Source: Anaerovoracaceae bacterium
GTDB lineage: Bacteria; Bacillota; Clostridia; Peptostreptococcales; Anaerovoracaceae
Reading direction: 5' to 3'
Assembly: GCA_051883095.1 (NCBI GenBank)
Contig: JBJETB010000094.1
Coordinates: 25,111 to 89,110 of the forward strand
Length of the DNA stretch: 64,000 nt
Shown here: positions 46,783-55,476 of the stretch, piece by piece
Layout of the letters: each line of letters begins with the position of its first letter
Numbering within the stretch: position 1 is the first letter of the stretch
Made by a program: the position numbers and the translations under genes
The notes under the pieces: model-generated
Database searches by the model: none
The model's input: only the letters and a program-made list of their open reading frames with translations
What the model was told of the DNA's origin: nothing

Positions 46783-47970
46783 TTAGTTGTTCGCTAGCCA
46801 CTCCTCTGCGCATGTGGCAAGTGCCGCACTGCCCAGAGGCATTATATCTTCATTGAAAACAACATGGTCATTATGCATAGGCCTTCCGAAAAGCGGATTC
46901 TCCTGAGGTGATCCTGCACCCAGAAGCAGGTAGCTGCAAGGGATTTCATAAGTATATGATGCGAAATCCTCAGAGCCCATGCCACCCTGTTCAAATAAAT
47001 ATACTTTGGATGGGTCGGTGATTTCTTTAATATAGCCGGCCATTTCTTTTACCAGTTCTTTGTCGTTAAGAAGAGGAGGGGCTGAAGCCATCTCTGTCAC
47101 CTCAGCAGAACCGCGGAAAAGAGCGGCAGTCTGTACAGAAATTTCCTCTATTCTCTTAAAAATCTTTGCGGAAAGGTCTCTGTCCATAGTTCTTATGGTG
47201 CCCTCCATTACAACTTCTTCAGGAATTATATTAGGAGCTTTGCCGCCATCGAACTTTCCTATTGTAAGTGCAACGGGAGAGGTAGGCGCTATTTCTCTTG
47301 CCACGATTTCCTGCAGCGAAAGGTAGATGTGTGCTGCAATATTGATAGGGTCAACACCTGTTTCAGGCATGGCACCGTGGCAGCCGGTTCCCTTGACCTT
47401 TATCTTGAATAAAGTGCATCCTGCCATGCAGACACCCTGACCGCAGAGAAACATGCCGGAAGGAGTGCCGGAATTAACATGTAGAGCCATACCTGCATCA
47501 ACTTTTGGATTCTCAAGGACTCCGGCAGCAAGCATTGCTTTAGCACCGGTAAATCCCTCTTCATCAGGCTGAAAAACAAATTTAACATTTCCATTAAGCT
47601 CTTTTTCGTGTGCTTTTAAAAGTTTTGCGGCACCAAGGAGCATGGTGGCATGCATATCGTGACCGCAGGCATGCATGAATCCGTTTCGGGAAGCGAATTC
47701 AACAGGCGCTTCCTCTTTTATTGCCAGGGCATCCATATCGGCACGGAGCAGGATAGTTTTACTGTTCTCAGATGCCTGACCGCCATGAAGGACAGCAACT
47801 ATACCGCTTTCACAGATTTCTTCAGGTTCATATCCGTATTCACGAAGCTTGTCCATAACAAATGCCTTCGTCTCAGGCAGGGATTTTCCTGCTTCCGGAC
47901 AGCTGTGAATATGTCTTCTTATTTCTTTAAGCTCTGAACTGAGCTGTTTTGCTTCCTCTAAGTAATTCAT
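46783..47970 (-). CDS. M20D-family amidohydrolase (N-acyl-amino-acid amidohydrolase type)
   Basis: The start MNYLEEAKQ at 47970 follows GGAGGT and is preferred over the longer track ORF. Has the HACGHDMH metal motif. Confidence 0.85.
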   Translation of the reverse strand: MNYLEEAKQLSSELKEIRRHIHSCPEAGKSLPETKAFVMDKLREYGYEPEEICESGIVAVLHGGQASENSKTILLRADMDALAIKEEAPVEFASRNGFMHACGHDMHATMLLGAAKLLKAHEKELNGNVKFVFQPDEEGFTGAKAMLAAGVLENPKVDAGMALHVNSGTPSGMFLCGQGVCMAGCTLFKIKVKGTGCHGAMPETGVDPINIAAHIYLSLQEIVAREIAPTSPVALTIGKFDGGKAPNIIPEEVVMEGTIRTMDRDLSAKIFKRIEEISVQTAALFRGSAEVTEMASAPPLLNDKELVKEMAGYIKEITDPSKVYLFEQGGMGSEDFASYTYEIPCSYLLLGAGSPQENPLFGRPMHNDHVVFNEDIMPLGSAALATCAEEWLANN

Positions 47971-48035
47971 CTCTAATACCTCCATGGCGGTAAGGCCGCA
48001 CTTAAAATCAATATAGATATTATACCACAATTCTG

Positions 48036-48063
48036 TCATAAAAACTTGTCCTCATCATAGAAT
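48036..48063 (+). promoter_or_regulatory. Possible SigE-type sporulation promoter for the spoIIIA operon
   Basis: TCATAAA (48036-48042), about 13 nt of spacer, CATAGAAT (48056-48063). Resembles the kmATATT / CATACAnT consensus. This is a weak call. Confidence 0.3.
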
Positions 48064-48103
48064 TAAATAAATCTATCAAAAGAAAAATGAAAAGAGGAAA
48101 AAG

Positions 48104-49009
48104 ATGGATACTTTCAGAGAAATATTAAGCCGGCTTCCGTCATCCGTCAGGCAGGAGCTTGAGGCTCTCCCAAATTCAGTAATCAATGAAATAGAAGAAA
48201 TACGTCTCAGATGCGGTCAGCATATGCGTCTTCAGACCTCATCCGGTGAAAAAATAATATCACATATAGTTACAGCAGAAGAACTTGTTAAAGTCCTGAA
48301 CAGCCTGATTAAATATTCATATTACGCATATGAAGAGGACCTTGCAAAGGGTTTCGTCACAATAGAAGGAGGACATAGAGTCGGTATATGTGGCAAAGCG
48401 ATTGTGAAAGACGGACAAACATCGCTTATAAAGGAAATCAGTTCCATGAACATCAGGTTTGCGAAGGAGATCAGGGGCTGCTCAGACAAGATAGCTCGCT
48501 ATCTTGCAGGCGGCGACGGAAGGCCGCTCAGCACGTTGATTGTGTCGCCGCCTGGCTGCGGCAAAACGACTATGCTGAGAGACATTGCCCGCAGCCTGAG
48601 CAGGCGAGGGATTAAGGTGGCCGTTTGTGATGAAAGATCGGAAATCGCCGGAATGTATAATTCTCAGCCAAGTTTTGATCTGGGATCAAGAACTGATGTA
48701 CTGGATGGAGCTGCTAAGGCACAGGGAATACAAATGCTTATACGCTCCATGTCTCCGCAGGTGATTATTACAGATGAAATAGGAAAGCGTGAAGACCTTG
48801 AGGCTGCAGCTCAATGCCTCAGTTCCGGTGTAGCTCTGATTACTTCTATTCACGGAAACTCCTTTGGAAGCCTTAAAAAATCAGAAATATGGCCCCTTAT
48901 ATCAAAGGGATTTTTCAGCAGTGTAATTTTTCTTTCAAATAAAGAAGGTCCGGGGACAGTAACAGAAGTCGTGAGCGGAGATGAAATCGGAGAGGCTTTA
49001 CATGATTAG
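48104..49009 (+). CDS. spoIIIAA: Stage III sporulation protein AA (ATPase)
   Basis: Has Walker A motif SPPGCGKTT. First gene of a colinear AA-AH cluster. Confidence 0.9.
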   Translation: MDTFREILSRLPSSVRQELEALPNSVINEIEEIRLRCGQHMRLQTSSGEKIISHIVTAEELVKVLNSLIKYSYYAYEEDLAKGFVTIEGGHRVGICGKAIVKDGQTSLIKEISSMNIRFAKEIRGCSDKIARYLAGGDGRPLSTLIVSPPGCGKTTMLRDIARSLSRRGIKVAVCDERSEIAGMYNSQPSFDLGSRTDVLDGAAKAQGIQMLIRSMSPQVIITDEIGKREDLEAAAQCLSSGVALITSIHGNSFGSLKKSEIWPLISKGFFSSVIFLSNKEGPGTVTEVVSGDEIGEALHD

Positions 49010-49517
49010 GGTCGTTATAATCACAGGCTTTGTGGCAGCATGCGGATTTCTTGGAATAATCAAGGCATGGGAGCTCAAAGAGAGAGCAGTACTCCTTGAA
49101 GATTATAGGAAAATGCTGCTTCAACTTAAAAGCAGAATTAATTATTTCAGGGAGCCTATAACTACAGTACTGGAAGCAGAAGGGGAAAAAGGCCCTTCCA
49201 GGGCGATTATGCTTTTAAATGAAACAGGAGCTGAACTGAAAGAAAAAAACGCTGAAATCGGCAGAATCTGGTCTCAGAATGTCGACGAAATATATAAGCA
49301 TACTCCGTTGACGTCTGACGATATGGAGATAATACGTTATCCTGGAAGTTTTCTGGGACAGACCGACTGTGAAAACCAGCAGGCAGGATTTCTATATATT
49401 GAAGAAAAGCTGGATAAACAGATTAAAGAAGCTGAAGAAGTCTGTCGTGTAAAAGGTTCATTGTACAGACGTCTGGGATTCTTTGCAGGCGGCCTTGCAG
49501 CTATAATTTTTATTTAA
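49002..49517 (+). CDS. spoIIIAB: Stage III sporulation protein AB
   Basis: The ATG at 49002 follows GGAGAGG and overlaps the AA stop. 171 aa with an N-terminal TM segment. Confidence 0.8.
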   Translation: MIRVVIITGFVAACGFLGIIKAWELKERAVLLEDYRKMLLQLKSRINYFREPITTVLEAEGEKGPSRAIMLLNETGAELKEKNAEIGRIWSQNVDEIYKHTPLTSDDMEIIRYPGSFLGQTDCENQQAGFLYIEEKLDKQIKEAEEVCRVKGSLYRRLGFFAGGLAAIIFI

Positions 49518-49535
49518 TATGAGAGGTGAGGACAT

Positions 49536-49736
49536 ATGTCTTTTGATGTGGATATTTTATTTAAAATTGCAGCCATAGGCATTGCAATAGCGCTGCTTAA
49601 TCAGATTCTGAGCAAGGCCGGCAGAGAAGAAGAAGCCATGATGGTTACTCTTGCCGGAGTGATAATCGTACTGGCAATAGTCATAAAAATGATAAGTGAA
49701 TTTTTTGAAGCAGTAAAAGTTTTCGTAGCTTTCTGA
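49536..49736 (+). CDS. spoIIIAC: Stage III sporulation protein AC
   Basis: 66 aa with two TM segments, in the conserved position. Confidence 0.85.
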   Translation: MSFDVDILFKIAAIGIAIALLNQILSKAGREEEAMMVTLAGVIIVLAIVIKMISEFFEAVKVFVAF

Positions 49737-49749
49737 CAGGAGATGGATT

Positions 49750-50136
49750 ATGGAAATAGTGTTAAAGATATGTGCAGCGGGAATAACAGGACTCATCGTT
49801 GTTTCGCTCATAAAATCATATAAACCTGAATTTACCGTTGAAGCGGTGCTTTGTACTTCGATTATTTTGCTCTGGTTTTCGCTGGACGGCCTCCAATATG
49901 CTTTTACATATATGGAAAATCTATACGGAAGGCTTACTTTCGGCAAAGAGTATTTTCCTGTTATTTTAAAAGTCCTTGTCATTGCCTATGCAACTGAGTT
50001 CACATCAGCTCTATGTGAGGATGCAGGAGAGAAATCTATTGGAACAAAAGTTGAACTTGCCGGCAAAATTGCAATTTTCTTTGCGGCTATCCCTGTATTT
50101 ACGTCTCTGCTCAATCTTCTTGACAGTCTGATCTGA
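49750..50136 (+). CDS. spoIIIAD: Stage III sporulation protein AD
   Basis: 128 aa, polytopic, in the conserved position. Confidence 0.85.
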   Translation: MEIVLKICAAGITGLIVVSLIKSYKPEFTVEAVLCTSIILLWFSLDGLQYAFTYMENLYGRLTFGKEYFPVILKVLVIAYATEFTSALCEDAGEKSIGTKVELAGKIAIFFAAIPVFTSLLNLLDSLI

Positions 50137-50144
50137 GGTGGCCG

Positions 50145-51230
50145 ATGGATTATGAACAAATTCTCGAAGAACAGATAGGAAATGTGATAGAGCCGGGGCA
50201 GGCAGACATCATAAGCGATGAGGCAGCAAGGCTTACGGATGGTCTGACAGATAGTTTTACACTTGATAAAATTCTGGAAGCAACCCTTGAAGGAAAAAGC
50301 ATTTTCAACAGTAATGAACTGATAGATGGACTTAAAACACTGATGATTTACGAAGTAAGGGCAGCCCTGGTTCTCGGTGTGGAAATATTGATAATATGCA
50401 TCGTGACAGGACTGCTGAAGAATCTTTCTTCATCCTTCGGCAAAAAATCTGTTTCCGATATCAGCATGCTGGTATGTACTATGATAATAATCGGGATTTC
50501 AATAAACAGTTTTCGCCTCGCATACAATCTTGCTATCGATTCTGTCACTACAATGGTCAATACTATGGAAATTCTGACGCCTGTTCTGCTTGGAATACTG
50601 ATTTCAACAGGCAGTATCGCTTCCGGGACAATAATGAGTCCCCTGATGATAGGAACAGTTACCGGTACAGGTATAATACTTAAGAAAATCATACTTCCGG
50701 CAATGTTTGCAGCGAGTATACTTGCATTAATAAATTGTTTAACAGAAAAAGATTATGTAAATAAGCTTTCCAGGCTTATCCGGAACACATCCGTTGCAGT
50801 CACCGGACTTGCCATGGCACTTTTATCAGGAATTATATCTGTTCAGGGTCTTATTACAGACGCATCTGACGGGCTTCTTATAAACACGGCGAAATATTCC
50901 CTCAGCACATTTATCCCTATAGTAGGAGGCTTTACAGCCGATACAGCGGAACTTTTCATAAAATGTATGAGTACAATAAAAAACATCGTAGGAGTTTTCG
51001 GTATAATAACTCTTGTTCTGGTCATATTGGTTCCCATCATAAAACTGCTTATAATTGCTCTTATCTACAAAATAACTGCCGCAGCTGCAGAACCTATATG
51101 TGACAGTAAAATTTCAGACACTCTAAACGATATGGGAAGCTGTATAGTTTCTCTGGGTGCTGTCATGTTCTTCGCATCGCTTCTTTTTATAATTTTCATA
51201 GGTGTCATAGTAGGAATGGGAGGAGGCTGA
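50145..51230 (+). CDS. spoIIIAE: Stage III sporulation protein AE
   Basis: 361 aa, polytopic, in the conserved position. Confidence 0.85.
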   Translation: MDYEQILEEQIGNVIEPGQADIISDEAARLTDGLTDSFTLDKILEATLEGKSIFNSNELIDGLKTLMIYEVRAALVLGVEILIICIVTGLLKNLSSSFGKKSVSDISMLVCTMIIIGISINSFRLAYNLAIDSVTTMVNTMEILTPVLLGILISTGSIASGTIMSPLMIGTVTGTGIILKKIILPAMFAASILALINCLTEKDYVNKLSRLIRNTSVAVTGLAMALLSGIISVQGLITDASDGLLINTAKYSLSTFIPIVGGFTADTAELFIKCMSTIKNIVGVFGIITLVLVILVPIIKLLIIALIYKITAAAAEPICDSKISDTLNDMGSCIVSLGAVMFFASLLFIIFIGVIVGMGGG

Positions 51231-51235
51231 AACAG

Positions 51236-51412
51236 ATGTCAGAAGGCTTGTTCACATGGGTAAAGGATATTTTTCTTATAATAATATCTCTGTCTTTTTT
51301 TCAGATACTTCTGCCGGATTCTTCTCTTGAAAAGTACCTTAAATTTATATTTTCACTGGTAGTACTTGCAGTGATTCTGGAACCTGTAATAAAGCTTGCC
51401 GCAGAAGTGTGA
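51236..51412 (+). CDS. spoIIIAF: Short SpoIIIAF-like membrane protein (58 aa; only the two-TM N-terminal part)
   Basis: MSEGLFTWVKDIFLIIISLSFFQILLPDSSLEKYLKFIFSLVVLAVILEPVIKL matches the N-terminal pattern of SpoIIIAF (LLPxSSxxKYxK...L.P..KL). It is below the ORF-track cutoff. Confidence 0.6.
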   Translation: MSEGLFTWVKDIFLIIISLSFFQILLPDSSLEKYLKFIFSLVVLAVILEPVIKLAAEV

Positions 51413-51476
51413 AATAAAGCAGTGTGAATAAATGTCATATCCGGGCATAAAAATTAATATATTTAGGAGTGTAATT

Positions 51477-51839
51477 ATGTTTGAAAAACTTGTGAGCGGA
51501 AAGCATGCAGCACGATTCTTGGCTTTGGTGCTTATCGGCCTGATAGTGATTCTTACTCTCAGTATTTTTTTGGAGAGCAAAGATGGCCGGAAACAAATCA
51601 TAGATATGGACGGCGGGTCTGAGGAGCGTCTTGCAAGTGTTCTTTCAGGGATTAAAGGTGCCGGTGAAGTGGATGCAGTCATAAAATACGATGAAAACAG
51701 CAATGTGACAGGAGTTATTGTCACTGCTGAAGGTGCCGGCAATCCGACTGTAGCAAACAATCTCACAAAAGGAGTGGCAGCGCTTTACGATATTCCGGTC
51801 TCAAGTGTAATGGTATTTGAAAAAGAACAGGAGGAATAA
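51477..51839 (+). CDS. spoIIIAG: Short SpoIIIAG-like protein (120 aa)
   Basis: The ATG at 51477 follows AGGAG. Has a TM anchor and then GAGEVDAVIKY...VTGVIVTAEGAGNP, which is the SpoIIIAG ring-building-motif signature. Confidence 0.7.
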   Translation: MFEKLVSGKHAARFLALVLIGLIVILTLSIFLESKDGRKQIIDMDGGSEERLASVLSGIKGAGEVDAVIKYDENSNVTGVIVTAEGAGNPTVANNLTKGVAALYDIPVSSVMVFEKEQEE

Positions 51840-51841
51840 CC

Positions 51842-52339
51842 TTGAAAACCCAATTTTTGAAAAAGAAAATAAGCTATAAAGATATTCTTTATAAAGGAAG
51901 GCGTCTGGGAGCCCTGTGCCTTATCCTCGTATTCGGTACCGGCCTCATAGTTACTTCACGCATGACAAGCGAAATACCTGTCCATGACGGTGATGTTCTT
52001 GTTGACAGTCTGGCGGTTAAAGAAGATGAAAAAGGAGAAGGCACATTTGAAGAAATGCGCGCTGCTCTGGAGCTTGAAAGAAACAAGCTGTTATCAAGTA
52101 TTGACTCCGAACAGGAAAAGAAACGAATTACAGGATATATGGAAAAGGAACTTGCCGTTGAAAGTCTTATAAAATCAAAGAACCTGCCTGCATCATATGT
52201 TGTGATAACTGAAGGCGGTGTAAATGTGACCGTCGATAAGCAGGATCTTGACACAAATACTGTAGCTAAAATCTGTGATATCGTAATGCGTGAAACAGGT
52301 CAGAGCGCCGATAAAATAGTCGTTCAAAGTAAATATTAG
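51842..52339 (+). CDS. spoIIIAH: SpoIIIAH-like protein
   Basis: TTG start. Has an N-terminal TM segment and a coiled region followed by a C-terminal alpha/beta domain. Last gene of the cluster. Confidence 0.6.
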   Translation: MKTQFLKKKISYKDILYKGRRLGALCLILVFGTGLIVTSRMTSEIPVHDGDVLVDSLAVKEDEKGEGTFEEMRAALELERNKLLSSIDSEQEKKRITGYMEKELAVESLIKSKNLPASYVVITEGGVNVTVDKQDLDTNTVAKICDIVMRETGQSADKIVVQSKY

Positions 52340-52343
52340 GTCA

Positions 52344-52372
52344 TTGAAAAAAACTGCCTTTTCTGCTATAAT
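52344..52372 (+). promoter_or_regulatory. Sigma-A type promoter for asp23-nusB
   Basis: TTGAAA (52344-52349), a 17-nt spacer, TATAAT (52367-52372). Confidence 0.55.
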
Positions 52373-52417
52373 TAATTAGAATGTATACATACTATTACGG
52401 CAAAAAGGAAGTGCGCG

Positions 52418-52726
52418 ATGAGCGATAAACAGAACATTAATAAAATATCAAAAGAAATCGTAAGTCTTGCCGCTTCAAGAGCAGCCCTTGCTGTGCCGGG
52501 CGTTAATCAGGAAAAGGATATCAGGCTTTCAAAAGATAAGGATGGTTTTGTCATTGACATCTTTGTGGTGGCCGATTTTGGATCCAAAATTCCTCAGCTG
52601 GCGTGGGATATACAGAATTCAGTAAAAGAGGCGGTTGAAACGACTACCCAGCAGACGGTCAAGGCCGTAAATATTCATGTTCAGGGAGTCATGATGCCTC
52701 GGGAAGGCAGCAGTATAGATGACTAG
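52418..52726 (+). CDS. Asp23/Gls24 family envelope-stress protein
   Basis: 102 aa. Sits in the Firmicute position upstream of nusB (as yqhY does). Confidence 0.8.
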   Translation: MSDKQNINKISKEIVSLAASRAALAVPGVNQEKDIRLSKDKDGFVIDIFVVADFGSKIPQLAWDIQNSVKEAVETTTQQTVKAVNIHVQGVMMPREGSSIDD

Positions 52727-53108
52727 AAAACAGGCAAGAGAATTTGCAATGCAGACTATGTTTCAGATAGAGGTTCAGAAAGCCTTTGAAAACCCAGACA
52801 TAGACAGTTACATGGCAGAATGTGCGGCCGGTAATCAGAAAGGGTATATCATCAATCTGATTCGGCAGATCTGCAGCAATATAGAAAAAATCGACAGTAT
52901 GATTGATACTGCCAGCGACAGCTGGCCCACATCAAGGATGGCAAAGCCGGATCTGGCTGTCATCAGAATAGCGGTAGGTGAAATGCTTTTTGCTGATGAC
53001 GTGCCGGACGCTGTAGCAATCAACGAGGCTGTCAATCTGGCCAAGGATTACGGTACAGACCAGTCTCCAAAGTTTGTAAATGCAGTGCTTGCAAAAATTA
53101 AAAAGTAG
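52719..53108 (+). CDS. nusB: Transcription antitermination factor NusB
   Basis: 129 aa. Starts MTRKQAREFAMQTMFQ and has the NAVL motif at the C-terminus. Confidence 0.9.
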   Translation: MTRKQAREFAMQTMFQIEVQKAFENPDIDSYMAECAAGNQKGYIINLIRQICSNIEKIDSMIDTASDSWPTSRMAKPDLAVIRIAVGEMLFADDVPDAVAINEAVNLAKDYGTDQSPKFVNAVLAKIKK

Positions 53109-53132
53109 GCGCCCCCTCAGGTGAACCTTGCT

Positions 53133-54110
53133 ATGAAAAAGAATGTTTTTTCGTTGGGAATAGACACCAGCAATTACAAAACCTCTGCAGCAGTTACAGC
53201 TTCAGACGGTGAGATATTGTTTAATTTTCAGAAGTTTCTGGATGTTAAAAGCGGTGAAAGGGGCCTCAGACAGTCTGAGGCGCTTTTTCAGCATGTTCAG
53301 AAACTTCCGGAGGCTATCGAACAGGCCTTTGAAACTGCAGGAGTTAGAGGAAATATCGGAGCAGTGGCTGTATCTTCACGGCCAAGACCAGTAGAGGGTT
53401 CATATATGCCTGTTTTTACAGCAGGTCTTGGGGCAGCCGAAATGATATCCTCAACTTTAGGTGTACCTATGTATGAATTCAGTCATCAGGAGGGACACAT
53501 AGAAGCGGTAAAGCACTATTCGTCAATGGCAGAAACCGGCAGACTCATATGCTTTCATTTCAGCGGAGGAACTACTGAAGCAATACTTTGTGATGAAGAA
53601 GAAGGCATTTTTGAAATAGTCGGAGGAAGTCTTGATCTGGCTTATGGTCAGGTACTTGACAGGACAGGTGTAGCACTTGGTTTTGACTTTCCCTGTGGAC
53701 AGGATGTGGACAGGCTTGCTCTTTCCGCATCAGTAACAGGAACCTTCAGGGCAGAGAAAAAAAATATTTTAACAAGAATCAAGATCAAAGATGGATATGT
53801 GAACCTTTCAGGTATTGAAACTCAATGCCAGAGAATAATAAAAGAACAATCCATGAGCCCGGAAGAACTTTCATTGGAGCTTATGATGAATCTCAGCAGA
53901 TCAGTGCTTGATATGACATTGTTTCTTGCTGAAAAATACAGGATTGACAGTTTCCTCTACGCAGGCGGAGTCTCATGCAGTGAATATTTGAGAAATTATC
54001 TGAAGAAAAATCTTCCTGATAATATACAGACGGCTTTCGGCAGACCTGAACTTTCATCAGACAACGCCGTGGGCATATCTCTTCTTGGAGGCAGAAAAAT
54101 ATGGCGCTGA
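53133..54110 (+). CDS. Kae1/TsaD-family (ASKHA, glycoprotease-like) paralogue
   Basis: GIDTSNYKTS phosphate motif, an HQEGH metal motif, GGTTE, and a C-terminal SDNAVGI. The ATG at 53133 is preferred over the track GTG at 53121. Confidence 0.7.
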   Translation: MKKNVFSLGIDTSNYKTSAAVTASDGEILFNFQKFLDVKSGERGLRQSEALFQHVQKLPEAIEQAFETAGVRGNIGAVAVSSRPRPVEGSYMPVFTAGLGAAEMISSTLGVPMYEFSHQEGHIEAVKHYSSMAETGRLICFHFSGGTTEAILCDEEEGIFEIVGGSLDLAYGQVLDRTGVALGFDFPCGQDVDRLALSASVTGTFRAEKKNILTRIKIKDGYVNLSGIETQCQRIIKEQSMSPEELSLELMMNLSRSVLDMTLFLAEKYRIDSFLYAGGVSCSEYLRNYLKKNLPDNIQTAFGRPELSSDNAVGISLLGGRKIWR

Positions 54111-55264
54111 AGCCCGTTACAGTTTCACAACTTAATGAATATATCAGTCGTGTCCTTATGACAGACCCGCTTCTCGGAAATGTTACGGTAACAGGAGAAA
54201 TTTCCAACCTGAAGTACCATTCCAGCGGACACGTTTATTTTTCTATAAACGATGAAAACAGCAAGATAAACTGTTTTTTCCCGGCAAGCTATGTGAGGAA
54301 TCTGAGCTATGAGCTCGGTGACGGTCTTGAGGTAATCATAAACGGCTACATAAATGTTTACAAAAAAGGCGGCACTTATACCTTGTTTGTCAGAACGGTA
54401 ACTGTAGCAGGAGAGGGAAATCTGGCCATGGCTTTCCAGCTTCTCAAGGACAAACTCTCCAGAGAAGGCCTTTTCGATCCTGCACGTAAGAAGTCTCTTC
54501 CGGTATTCCCGCGAAAGATTGGGATTGTGACCTCACCTACAGGCGCTGCCCTGCAGGATATTCTTAAGATTATAACAAGCCGGAATAATCTGGTAGATAT
54601 AATAATTTTTCCTGTTCAGGTTCAGGGAGAGGGTGCAGCACAGAACATTGCCGAAACCATTGAAATGATAAGTGCAGATGAACGTTTCTGCGACATAGAT
54701 ACACTGATAGTGGGACGTGGCGGCGGTTCCGCAGAGGATCTGTGGGCCTTTAACGAGGAGATTCTTGCCAGAGCCATATATAATTGCCCTGTACCTGTGA
54801 TTTCTGCCGTAGGGCATGAAATAGATTTCTCAATTTCTGATTTTGTCGCCGACAGAAGGGCCGAAACCCCTACAGCAGCTGCGGAAATGGCTGTGCCTGA
54901 CCTCAGAGAAATAAGATGTAATCTTGAAAAATATAAGGCAGATCTTCTTTCCAGTTTAAACGCCAAGGTGAAGTCAGACGGACTTATGATAGAAAACTGC
55001 ATGCTGGAGATGAGAAACACCATTAACAAAAGGCTTTCCGAGTACAGCTATAAGCTTGACAGACTGCGTCTTTTGCTGGATGAGAACAATCCTGCATCCG
55101 TGCTGCAAAAAGGTTATTCCATGGTTACAGATATGTCGGGTAAAGTTGTCTCATCGGTCGCAGACGTAATGGAAGGCGAAAAATATGCACTTACAATGAA
55201 AGACGGCCGTATAATTTTCACAGCATGTGATACAGAGGTTGAAAAAAAGACCGGACAGGTTTAA
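54101..55264 (+). CDS. xseA: Exodeoxyribonuclease VII large subunit
   Basis: 387 aa. Has the N-terminal OB-fold motif VSQLNEYI. Confidence 0.9.
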   Translation: MALKPVTVSQLNEYISRVLMTDPLLGNVTVTGEISNLKYHSSGHVYFSINDENSKINCFFPASYVRNLSYELGDGLEVIINGYINVYKKGGTYTLFVRTVTVAGEGNLAMAFQLLKDKLSREGLFDPARKKSLPVFPRKIGIVTSPTGAALQDILKIITSRNNLVDIIIFPVQVQGEGAAQNIAETIEMISADERFCDIDTLIVGRGGGSAEDLWAFNEEILARAIYNCPVPVISAVGHEIDFSISDFVADRRAETPTAAAEMAVPDLREIRCNLEKYKADLLSSLNAKVKSDGLMIENCMLEMRNTINKRLSEYSYKLDRLRLLLDENNPASVLQKGYSMVTDMSGKVVSSVADVMEGEKYALTMKDGRIIFTACDTEVEKKTGQV

Positions 55265-55287
55265 TATAGAAAGCGGAGGAATTAATT

Positions 55288-55461
55288 ATGAGCTTTGAAA
55301 CTTCCATGAAAAAGCTGGAGGAGCTTTCAGAAAAGATCAGAGACGAGGAAACTTCTTTAGACGAAGCCATTAAATGCTACGAGGAAGGCATCAGATGCTA
55401 TACCGAGTGCAATGAAATATTAAATAGTGCCAGACAGAAAATCGAAACATTTTCAGAGTAA
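55288..55461 (+). CDS. xseB: Exodeoxyribonuclease VII small subunit
   Basis: 57 aa and helical (MSFETSMKKLEELSEKIRDEETSLDEAIKCYEEG...). RBS is GGAGGA. It is below the ORF-track cutoff. Confidence 0.85.
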   Translation: MSFETSMKKLEELSEKIRDEETSLDEAIKCYEEGIRCYTECNEILNSARQKIETFSE

Positions 55462-55476
55462 AGGAGGCCTGTAAGT

